This document shows, piece by piece, positions 39,811-47,557 of a stretch of 64,000 bases of DNA. Location of the stretch: NCBI GenBank assembly GCA_041664965.1, contig JBAYJT010000002.1:2877-66876 (forward strand), written 5' to 3'. Every line of letters starts with the position of its first letter. Position 1 is the first letter of the stretch. Under the pieces are notes generated by a model that was given only the letters and a program-made list of their open reading frames with translations, did no database searches and was not told the origin of the DNA. The translations under genes were made by a program, and so were the position numbers. This DNA comes from Gammaproteobacteria bacterium (GTDB taxonomy: Bacteria > Pseudomonadota > Gammaproteobacteria > UBA9339).

Positions 39811-41847
39811 CTAGATCTTTCTCACCCTCAAAATAGCTTTTTGAAAATCGCGGATTTCGACCAGACATTTTTTGTAGAGCTTTCCGATAGTCGAAAATTC
39901 ATTCCCTTCCAGCAAATAATCATCTAGTTTAGCACAAGCTCCTTGAGTACGAGCAGCTCCACAGTAGCTAGCCGAACCGCGTATTTTGTGTGTCATAATC
40001 TGTAAAGTCTTCAAATCTTTATTTTGATATGCACAAATGAAAGAATTTATTTTATTTGGTAAATCTTTTTTGATAGAAGCAAGTAAAGTCCGAACTGTCT
40101 TTTCATTATTTCCATAATTTTTACGCATCAGTGCAAGATCAATAATTTTACCTGTAACTTTGTGTGATTGGCCTCGAGGAGGTTTTTTTTCTTTTGTGGA
40201 TTCTGTCCATCCCGGAATAAAAGCACTACAAATATCTCTCGCTTTTTCTTCCGTGAAAGGCTTACTTAGCACTGCATTCATACCAACTTTCATACAATGC
40301 TGCGAGTATTCAGCGCTAGTGTGGGCCGAAAGCGCCACTATTGGCACAATATGGTCTTTCTTAACTTCTTGCTCACGGATATGCCTAGCTACCTCGTAGC
40401 CATCTATATCCGGCAATCCTATATCCATCAAAATAAGATCGTATCTATTTTCCCTAGCGAGATTTACGGCTTTAGCACCATCCACTGCTATATCTACCGC
40501 ACATTTCATACGCTCTAAAATAATTCTGCCTAGTTTCCCCATAAAAGCATCATCTTCAACTAACAAAACATTCCAATTTTTTCCTTTACGAGTTGTTTTT
40601 TCTTTTTGTTTTAGAGGCAAAATGGGCCTCATCAAAAAAGCTTTTTCTACATATCCTTCCACCTCCGCCGGCATATCAGAAGCATCCTGCAGCATGGCTT
40701 CCTGCAAAGAAATTACGCAAGTAAAAATCGAACCCTTACCCTCCTCACTCCTAACAGAAATTTCGCCCTTTAAATCCTCAAGAAATTGCTTAACAATAGT
40801 AAGCCCCAAGCCGGAACCTTGAGATATCCCTTTGAAAGATGGGGTTAAACGCGTAAAGCGTGTAAAAATGTCTTGCTTTCTCTTTTCAGAAAAACCCATG
40901 CCCGTATCTGCAACAATAAGTTTAATAGCTATGTCCGTTCCTTCTTTTTTAGCCAACTTTACGGAAATTTTAACTTCACCTTTGGAAGTAAATTTCAAAG
41001 CATTGCTCGTTAATTCTAAAAGGATCCGCTGTAACCTAACTGGATCTCCCACTATATACTCTGCTAACTTTTTATCGTAATCGTAGACAAGATTTAGTTT
41101 CTTGGTAGCTGCTTTAGCTTTCTGCAATAAAATAACTTTATTGAAAGCATCTTTCATATTAAATTTTTTCTTGAGAAGCGGAATCTCGCCTGATGTAGCT
41201 TTAATGGCATCTAGAATTTCATTGAGAAACTCAAATAATGTACGACTTGAGGCAATAAGATTATCTATGTATTCGCGCGTTTTTTCTGGTTTATCAGCCT
41301 CTGCTTTAATAAGTTCCGCAAAACCTAAAATCCCCGACAGGGGTGTACGCAAGTCATGTCGCATGTTTTCTAAAAACTGCGTTTTTGCTTCGTTGGCAGC
41401 TTCAGATTTCTTTAGAGCTTCTGCAAGCTTTTGCTCAGCAATTTTTCGGTCGGTGATGTCGATAGATACACCAAGAAGTCCAATTACATCTCCCTCGGAA
41501 TTGCGCAAGGGTTTTTTGATGCTAAAAAAATAAGTTTTAGTGCCATCAGGATTGAGATGAACTTCTTCCAATAATTCGGACTTATTGCTCTCCATAACTT
41601 TTTTGGAATTTTCCCAAGCTGGGTCAGCGCATAAATCAGAAGTGTGCTTGCCTATAAGTTCCTTAATGGAAGACAAACCTAAAATAGCCAACTCCTTGTC
41701 ATTTCCCCCAAGAAAAATCCCCTCTTTATCCACCCAATAGAAGGCAATTGGAAAATCTTGTAGCAAACTATCCATGGCCGCTTCTTTAGCTATGGACACG
41801 GCTTTTTGAGCAGTTAAATCTCGTATTGAATTGAAAGAATTTGGCAT
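39811..41847 (-). CDS. soluble hybrid sensor histidine kinase (PAS-HisKA-HATPase_c-REC-Hpt), copy 2
   Basis: It has an AAGGAG RBS. Motifs are the H-box NMRHDLRTPLSG, DTGMGFS and GSGLGLTIV, the REC LILMDIGLPDIDG and the Hpt MTHKIRGSASYCGA. No hydrophobic segment is present. It is a paralogue of 36262..38214. Confidence 0.88.
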   Translation of the reverse strand: MPNSFNSIRDLTAQKAVSIAKEAAMDSLLQDFPIAFYWVDKEGIFLGGNDKELAILGLSSIKELIGKHTSDLCADPAWENSKKVMESNKSELLEEVHLNPDGTKTYFFSIKKPLRNSEGDVIGLLGVSIDITDRKIAEQKLAEALKKSEAANEAKTQFLENMRHDLRTPLSGILGFAELIKAEADKPEKTREYIDNLIASSRTLFEFLNEILDAIKATSGEIPLLKKKFNMKDAFNKVILLQKAKAATKKLNLVYDYDKKLAEYIVGDPVRLQRILLELTSNALKFTSKGEVKISVKLAKKEGTDIAIKLIVADTGMGFSEKRKQDIFTRFTRLTPSFKGISQGSGLGLTIVKQFLEDLKGEISVRSEEGKGSIFTCVISLQEAMLQDASDMPAEVEGYVEKAFLMRPILPLKQKEKTTRKGKNWNVLLVEDDAFMGKLGRIILERMKCAVDIAVDGAKAVNLARENRYDLILMDIGLPDIDGYEVARHIREQEVKKDHIVPIVALSAHTSAEYSQHCMKVGMNAVLSKPFTEEKARDICSAFIPGWTESTKEKKPPRGQSHKVTGKIIDLALMRKNYGNNEKTVRTLLASIKKDLPNKINSFICAYQNKDLKTLQIMTHKIRGSASYCGAARTQGACAKLDDYLLEGNEFSTIGKLYKKCLVEIRDFQKAILRVRKI

Positions 41848-41891
41848 GATCAGCTCCTTGCTTGGAAGGTTATCTATATTATCTTAACAAT

Positions 41892-43373
41892 CTACTTGGA
41901 TGTTGGTCTAGTATTATTTTCAGCACCTCTAGTTGGAGAAGTAGGAGGAGATTTTGACTTAGATTTTTCCTGGGGAATGGGGGCGCGCCCACTTTCCTCT
42001 CTGCTAACAGCAGCAGCAGCTGCTGCAGCTGCTGCTACGGTAAAAAATAAAAACTTTCCACCACCACTAAGACAAAGTTCGGCCACAGGAGAACGAGTGC
42101 TACTAGAACTCGAGGTAACTGCGTCTTGTTGCGAGACTTCTTCAAGAACTGGGGCTAAATTACTGTTACCATGACTAGTTCCTGCACCGGATGGTGTGTC
42201 TGATAACAGTGTTGGATCGCTTGGTGGTGAAGTACTGAAACTACTGTTAACTTTACTTGCTGAAATACTTTCACTAACACTAGTAGACGGTGATTCAGCT
42301 CTTGAGGATGAAGAATTGGAAGACGTGGTGCCGGTAGAAGTACTGGAAAGTGCAGTACCTTCCTCATGACTTCGAGGAGTACTAGACCCGCTAGAAGATG
42401 GTGGTGATTGGCGACCAGATGGTAAACTATGGCTAATACCTGCTAATAATTGTTCTATCTTTAGTTTTCGCAGCTCGAGTTCTCCTGGGGTACCAACATC
42501 CAGCAATTCGTTGGTCAGTTTAAAATCCTTATAAACCTCTCCAATTCTTGCCCTTGCTATATACATTGGAGATCCTAATACCCCCCGATAAACTTCTATA
42601 GGAAATTTTTTCCATTGCTCACCATGTAAAAATATTTGAAAAGCACTCTCCTCCTGCATGTAATGTCCACAACAATCACTGATATTCTCCCAAGTTACAG
42701 TGTGATCTTCTATTTTTTTCCGCACGGCTGTCTTCTTAGCTGCTATTTTTTCGGAAAATCTACCTTTAACTTTGCCTAAGTTTTTTCTAAAACCGCTTAC
42801 ATCGTTCTGATTGGGAGTTGACCAGCTCCTAACTACGCCCAAGCACCTCTTAAATTCAGGCTCGCCAATAACATCTGACCAGTCAAGACACCATTCCTTC
42901 TCTCTACCTTGTCCTTTGGCAAAATCCTGCAATAACTTAACAACTACTTGGTTTTGTTTTTGCCATTCACTCCAATACAGTTTAGATATTCCAGCAGCTC
43001 TTATCTCAGCTGCCCCTAAGGTATCACCTTTTTCCCAGATACGTGGCATAACATTAAATCTATGTAAATGAGTGGTATTTAAAAGCGTAATGATTCCTTT
43101 TCTATTGGGATATTTCTTAAGTTCATTAATAAGAGTGTTCACAATTGCCAAAAGGGGGGTTCCAGTCTGATCCTCAGGAGTAAATTTTACCGCTAACTCA
43201 TTAGAACTGGAACTTGAAGAGGAAGAGGATGAAGTTGGTACAGAAGTCGTTGTACTTGAACTTTGAGGATTGTCGCTTTCCAATGCTGGACAAAATCCGC
43301 CCATGCTAATAGAAAGCAAAATATCTCCATCTTTTTCAAAAGGTTTTGTAGAGCTAAATTGCAACATAAACAA
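41892..43373 (-). CDS. CDPS-like protein with poly-Ser insertion and long Ser/Thr/Pro/Ala-rich C-terminal tail (tentative)
   Basis: It has LLSIS23MGG, H-Y238-MQE-E242-SAF and EV-Y262 (20 residues after the Glu, as in AlbC). A poly-Ser insertion covers aa ~31-58. Residues ~316-493 are low complexity and include an A9 run. Confidence 0.45.
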   Translation of the reverse strand: MFMLQFSSTKPFEKDGDILLSISMGGFCPALESDNPQSSSTTTSVPTSSSSSSSSSSNELAVKFTPEDQTGTPLLAIVNTLINELKKYPNRKGIITLLNTTHLHRFNVMPRIWEKGDTLGAAEIRAAGISKLYWSEWQKQNQVVVKLLQDFAKGQGREKEWCLDWSDVIGEPEFKRCLGVVRSWSTPNQNDVSGFRKNLGKVKGRFSEKIAAKKTAVRKKIEDHTVTWENISDCCGHYMQEESAFQIFLHGEQWKKFPIEVYRGVLGSPMYIARARIGEVYKDFKLTNELLDVGTPGELELRKLKIEQLLAGISHSLPSGRQSPPSSSGSSTPRSHEEGTALSSTSTGTTSSNSSSSRAESPSTSVSESISASKVNSSFSTSPPSDPTLLSDTPSGAGTSHGNSNLAPVLEEVSQQDAVTSSSSSTRSPVAELCLSGGGKFLFFTVAAAAAAAAAVSREESGRAPIPQEKSKSKSPPTSPTRGAENNTRPTSK

Positions 43374-43535
43374 ACATCACAAACAGGGTCATACGTCCAA
43401 ATTTCAATTAGCACCAAGGTTAAAAAGGGGAATCAAAACAAACCAGGTACTGAAAAATCCACTGCTAGCTTTTCAGTAAAGTGCTGTTATTTATCCCTTG
43501 GCAGCTATGTCCCTAAATGAATTTATTAATTTAGC

Positions 43536-43597
43536 ATTGTAACACAAAAATAAAACAAGCATTAAGCAGTCAGGTCTTACTCTTAAGATTATTTTAA
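43536..43597 (-). promoter_or_regulatory. conserved promoter region of CDPS-like gene 2 (TTAA-N7-TTAA box; TGTTACAAT)
   Basis: The minus strand reads ctaTTAAAATAATCTTAAGAGTaagacctgactgCTTAATgcttgttttatttttgTGTTACAATg. Confidence 0.45.
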
Positions 43598-43626
43598 TAG
43601 GATATTTAATCGTTGATGAGAGTCCT

Positions 43627-43677
43627 AAAAACATGTCTACGTGTTTTCTTTATTTTTCAATAAGTTATATTTTCTTT
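43627..43677 (+). repeat. family-A repeat, copy 8
   Basis: The sequence is AAAAACATGTCTACGTGTTTTCTTTATTTTTCAATAAGTTATATTTTCTTT. Confidence 0.8.
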
Positions 43678-43800
43678 AGGGTACAGACGCGATTAATCGC
43701 ATCTGTACTTATGATCAAAGAGTTTTCTAGGCAAAAACAAATTTTCTGGTTATTATAATCGCCTGTGCTTTTAGTTTTAATTTTTTAACATGACGATGTT

Positions 43801-44604
43801 ATGGCTGCTACTCTCGATAACTTAGTAAAAATTCAAGGACTGAACTTTCAGCGCGGTGAGCGTTATATCTTCAAAAACGTTAATGTCGACATACCTCGCG
43901 GCAAAATCGTCGCTATCATGGGACCATCTGGTTCCGGTAAAACCACACTACTGCGCTTAATCAGCGCGCAGCTAACGCCCAAATCTGGCACTATTTTGGT
44001 CGACGATACCAACATGTTTAAATTGCGTCGCCGAGCTCTCTATAAAATGCGCGAAAGCATTGGTTTTCTTTTTCAAAGCGGCGCTCTTTTTACAAATCTA
44101 AACGTCTTCGAAAACGTAGCTTTTCCACTCCGCGAACATACTAAATTACCAGAAGAAATGATTCACGATTTGGTCTTAATGCAACTAGAAACTGTGGGAC
44201 TACGAGGTGCACGCGATCTCATGCCTAGCGAACTTTCTGGCGGAATGTCGCGCCGAGTAGCCTTAGCAAGAGCTTTGGCACTAAACCCAAAACTCATGCT
44301 TTATGACGAGCCGTTTACTGGCCAAGATCCGATAACCATGGGCGTTTTGGTAAAATTAATTAAACACCTAAATGACATTTTGGGCTTAACTTCCATTATT
44401 GTATCTCATGACGTAGCCGAAACCGCTAGTATTGCCGATTATATTTATTTAATTTCTGAGGGACAAATCGTCTCTTCCGGATCGCCCAAAGAAATTTTTA
44501 CTGACAAAACACCTTGGGTAAACCAGTTTGTACACGGACTAGCCGATGGCGTAGTACCTTTTCACTTTCCAGCTGTTCCCTTTGCCGAGGATTTACACCT
44601 GTGA
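43801..44604 (+). CDS. mlaF: phospholipid ABC transporter ATPase MlaF
   Basis: It has Walker A GPSGSGKTT, signature LSGGMSRR and Walker B MLYDEP. It is the first gene of the mla cluster. Confidence 0.9.
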   Translation: MAATLDNLVKIQGLNFQRGERYIFKNVNVDIPRGKIVAIMGPSGSGKTTLLRLISAQLTPKSGTILVDDTNMFKLRRRALYKMRESIGFLFQSGALFTNLNVFENVAFPLREHTKLPEEMIHDLVLMQLETVGLRGARDLMPSELSGGMSRRVALARALALNPKLMLYDEPFTGQDPITMGVLVKLIKHLNDILGLTSIIVSHDVAETASIADYIYLISEGQIVSSGSPKEIFTDKTPWVNQFVHGLADGVVPFHFPAVPFAEDLHL

Positions 44605-45383
44605 TGAAGTATATTCAAAAATTTGGTCAGCTTGGTTTGAATTTTTGCTACCGCATTGGCTCATCTGGCATATTTTTAGTGCAAACTATTTTCCGTCGAC
44701 CTCGCATCATTCGCTTTACACCGCTTTTGATCGAGCAACTTTACATGGTCGGCATCCTATCGCTTGTAATTATCATGCTTTCCGGATTATTCATCGGCAT
44801 GGTTTTGGGTCTACAAGGATTTAATATCTTACAAAAATTTGGAGCGACCGAACAACTTGGCCAAATGGTTGCCTTAAGTGTTGTACGTGAACTCGGTCCC
44901 GTGATTTCAGCCCTATTATTCGCCGGACGCGCTGGCTCTGCTTTAACAGCTGAAATAGGCCTTATGCAATCCACTGAACAAATTGCCAGCATGGAAATGA
45001 TGGCGGTTGATCCCCTTTGGCGCGTCATTGCTCCACGCTTTTGGGCGGGGTTAATTTCCATGCCCGTTTTGGCAATTATTTTCAGCGCTGTCGCAGTTTT
45101 TGGTGGCTATTTGGTTGGCGTGGAATGGCTCGGCGTTGACGTTGGACAATTCTGGTCTAACATGCAAGCTTCTGTCGATTTTCGTTTAGATGTTGTAAAT
45201 GGAATTATTAAGAGCGTAGTATTTGGCTTTGTCTGTACATGGATTGCGATTTACCAAGGTTATCACACCGTGCCAACCGCCGAAGGCATTGGCCGCGCTA
45301 CCACAAAAACAGTTGTCTATAGTTCACTCGCAACTTTAGGTTTAGATTTTATTTTAACTGCCATGATGTTAGGAGGATGGTAA
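44604..45383 (+). CDS. mlaE: phospholipid ABC transporter permease MlaE
   Basis: The start is trimmed to the ATG overlapping the mlaF stop (TGATG). It is a multi-spanning permease with the conserved ...VRELGPVISALLFAGRAGSA... Confidence 0.9.
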   Translation: MKYIQKFGQLGLNFCYRIGSSGIFLVQTIFRRPRIIRFTPLLIEQLYMVGILSLVIIMLSGLFIGMVLGLQGFNILQKFGATEQLGQMVALSVVRELGPVISALLFAGRAGSALTAEIGLMQSTEQIASMEMMAVDPLWRVIAPRFWAGLISMPVLAIIFSAVAVFGGYLVGVEWLGVDVGQFWSNMQASVDFRLDVVNGIIKSVVFGFVCTWIAIYQGYHTVPTAEGIGRATTKTVVYSSLATLGLDFILTAMMLGGW

Positions 45384-45865
45384 TGTTTAACAAACGCTTT
45401 GTAGAAATTGCCGTCGGTTTGTTTATGATAGCGGGCCTTTTGGCGCTCTTCATGCTCGCTTTTAAAGTCAGCAACTTAAGCCAATATTCCAGCAGCGACA
45501 CATTTAAAGTCACTGCTCTTTTTGATAATATTGGCGATCTAAAAATTCGCGCGCCAGTAACGATCGCGGGCGTACGCGTGGGCGAGGTTTCTTCCATCAT
45601 TTTAGATACTGCCTCTTTAAAAGCAGACGTCACTTTAATGATCGACAAAAGACAAGACAAACTTCCAGTTGACACTGCTGCCAAAATTCTCACTGCCGGG
45701 CTCATCGGCGCTAATTATATTAGTCTAGTTCCAGGTTATGCGGATGAAATGCTAAAAAATGGCGGGGTTATAACCGAAACACATCCAGCGTTAATTTTGG
45801 AAAATTTGATCGGACAGCTTATTTATAAGTTGGAAGGAGATAAGAAAAAAGAGGAGAAGAAATAG
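45377..45865 (+). CDS. mlaD: MCE-domain protein MlaD
   Basis: It has an N-terminal anchor and the MCE core ...IRAPVTIAGVRVGEV... Confidence 0.88.
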   Translation: MVMFNKRFVEIAVGLFMIAGLLALFMLAFKVSNLSQYSSSDTFKVTALFDNIGDLKIRAPVTIAGVRVGEVSSIILDTASLKADVTLMIDKRQDKLPVDTAAKILTAGLIGANYISLVPGYADEMLKNGGVITETHPALILENLIGQLIYKLEGDKKKEEKK

Positions 45866-45870
45866 TATAC

Positions 45871-45902
45871 AATTATAAATTGTGAATGATGAATTATGAA
45901 TT
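45871..45902 (-). repeat. family-B AT-rich repeat (inverted orientation)
   Basis: The sequence AATTATAAATTGTGAATGATGAATTATGAATT lies immediately 5' of family-A copy 9. Confidence 0.65.
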
Positions 45903-45907
45903 AACAA

Positions 45908-45960
45908 GAAAACATGTCTATAGGTTTTCTTTATATATCAATAAGTTATGTTTTTAAGTT
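45908..45960 (+). repeat. family-A repeat, copy 9
   Basis: The sequence is GAAAACATGTCTATAGGTTTTCTTTATATATCAATAAGTTATGTTTTTAAGTT. Confidence 0.85.
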
Positions 45961-46056
45961 GATGGGGCGTTTTTGGAATCTTGTCAGTAACTAAAAAACA
46001 CAGTATATTTCAACTACAAGTTAATATAATTAAGATTTTTCAAACCGAGGTTTAGC

Positions 46057-46590
46057 ATGGAAACGTTTTGGACTATACTATCTTCAGCTCTTGTAAGCCT
46101 GATTATCAGTGCTGTTTCGATTGCTTTATTTTTAGGTAAGTATAAACAAAAAGTTGATACACATGAAAAAAGCCTAGAAAAACATGATAATAGAATAATC
46201 GAATTAAGCGATCGTATCTCCAAAGTAGAAGGTGGCCTTGATAGGGACAGAGCTCACAGTGATTATATACAAAAAAAGAGTCCTCTAGGCCTCACTGAAA
46301 AAGGCAAGGCCTTGCTGTTAGATAGTACCGGAAAAGATTATGTAGACAAACATAAAGCTCAACTGATTGAAAGCATAAAATCCACGAATCCTAGAACAGC
46401 CTACGATGTCCAAGAACTCTCCAAAAAAGTTATACAAAAAGAATCCAATACTGACGATTTTAGTCCACTAAAAAACTATATCTTTAACCAGGGACTAGAT
46501 CTAAATTTACTTATTGATATTTTGGGAATATACCTGAGAGACATTGCGTTAAAAGAACTGGGATTTAATATCAATGACATTAAGGATTAA
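46057..46590 (+). CDS. hypothetical membrane-anchored protein inserted between mlaD and mlaC
   Basis: It has an N-terminal TM helix (ILSSALVSLIISAVSIALFLG), a coiled-coil-like stretch and a ~100-aa C-terminal domain. No family was recognised. Confidence 0.55.
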   Translation: METFWTILSSALVSLIISAVSIALFLGKYKQKVDTHEKSLEKHDNRIIELSDRISKVEGGLDRDRAHSDYIQKKSPLGLTEKGKALLLDSTGKDYVDKHKAQLIESIKSTNPRTAYDVQELSKKVIQKESNTDDFSPLKNYIFNQGLDLNLLIDILGIYLRDIALKELGFNINDIKD

Positions 46591-46594
46591 CATC

Positions 46595-47236
46595 ATGCAA
46601 ATTAAAATCATCAAAAACTTAATTATTTCTCTATGCACTGCAAGTTGCCTTTTATTAGGCATTGCAGCCAAAGCCGCATCTAGCAACGATCCTCCGCCCT
46701 TAGCTATGTTAAAAGCCACGGCGGATAAAATAATTGTTGAATTAGATAAACACCGTCAAACTTTAAAAAGCGATGATGCTTTAGTGAACGGCATAGTACG
46801 TCGTCTGGCCCTTCCACACTTTGACGCCAACGCCATGGCTCGCTCTGTAGTTGGGCGTCAATTCTGGCAAACATCCACCCCAAATGTTCAAAAACAATTC
46901 ACCAATGAATTTACCCAATACGTCATTCGCACTTACGCAGCCGCTCTAGCTAATTACAATGGCCAAAAAATTAGATTTTTCCCCATGCGCGGCTATGACG
47001 CAAGCCAAAGTCGAGCTCAAGTAAATAGCGAAATTTTGCAAAATGATGGCCCACCAATCCCAGTTAGCTATCGTCTTATCAGAACCGGTAGCGGCAATTG
47101 GTTAGTCTATGATTTTAGCGTAGAAGGCGTTAGCATCATACAAAATTACCGCTCACAGTTCGCATCTACTTTATCTAAAAGCGGCTTAGCCGGTTTAGTA
47201 GCCGAAGTACATGCACACAACCAAAAATTACGCTAA
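46595..47236 (+). CDS. mlaC: phospholipid-binding periplasmic protein MlaC (Ttg2D family)
   Basis: The start is trimmed to MQIKIIKNLI (signal peptide). FDANAMARSVVGRQFW... is a typical MlaC motif. Confidence 0.82.
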   Translation: MQIKIIKNLIISLCTASCLLLGIAAKAASSNDPPPLAMLKATADKIIVELDKHRQTLKSDDALVNGIVRRLALPHFDANAMARSVVGRQFWQTSTPNVQKQFTNEFTQYVIRTYAAALANYNGQKIRFFPMRGYDASQSRAQVNSEILQNDGPPIPVSYRLIRTGSGNWLVYDFSVEGVSIIQNYRSQFASTLSKSGLAGLVAEVHAHNQKLR

Positions 47237-47245
47237 AGACCAGCC

Positions 47246-47539
47246 ATGGAAAATAAATTTACTAAAACAAAAGATGGTATTTTTGCTTTACATGGGGATT
47301 TAAGTTTCGCCAATGTTGCGGCCGTAGCGCGCGGTGGCTATGACCTAATCAACAAAATTCCAAGCATTAAATTCGATTTCGCAGAAGTAAATATCCTCGA
47401 CAATGCCATTTTAGCTCTACTTCCTGCGCTAATGCGTTATGCTAAGAAAAAGCGCAAAGACATTCGTTTCGTAAAGCTCTCCAAACAAGCTCTAGATATG
47501 GCAAGAGTGAGCGATTTAGCTGCGCTCTTGCCAAGATAG
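47246..47539 (+). CDS. mlaB: STAS-domain protein MlaB
   Basis: It is 97 aa with a STAS-like pattern and is the last gene of the mla cluster. Confidence 0.7.
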   Translation: MENKFTKTKDGIFALHGDLSFANVAAVARGGYDLINKIPSIKFDFAEVNILDNAILALLPALMRYAKKKRKDIRFVKLSKQALDMARVSDLAALLPR

Positions 47540-47557
47540 CTCGAGTAGATATGCTTA

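Noticed and set aside
41896-43520. Short ORFs overlapping the 493-aa CDPS-like gene and its leader (e.g. 41896-42174, 42155-42367, 43263-43520, 43270-43479)
   Set aside because: They are antisense or out-of-frame products of low-complexity sequence. The leader ORFs span the block conserved with 39463-39810, where no equivalent ORF exists, which argues for non-coding conservation.
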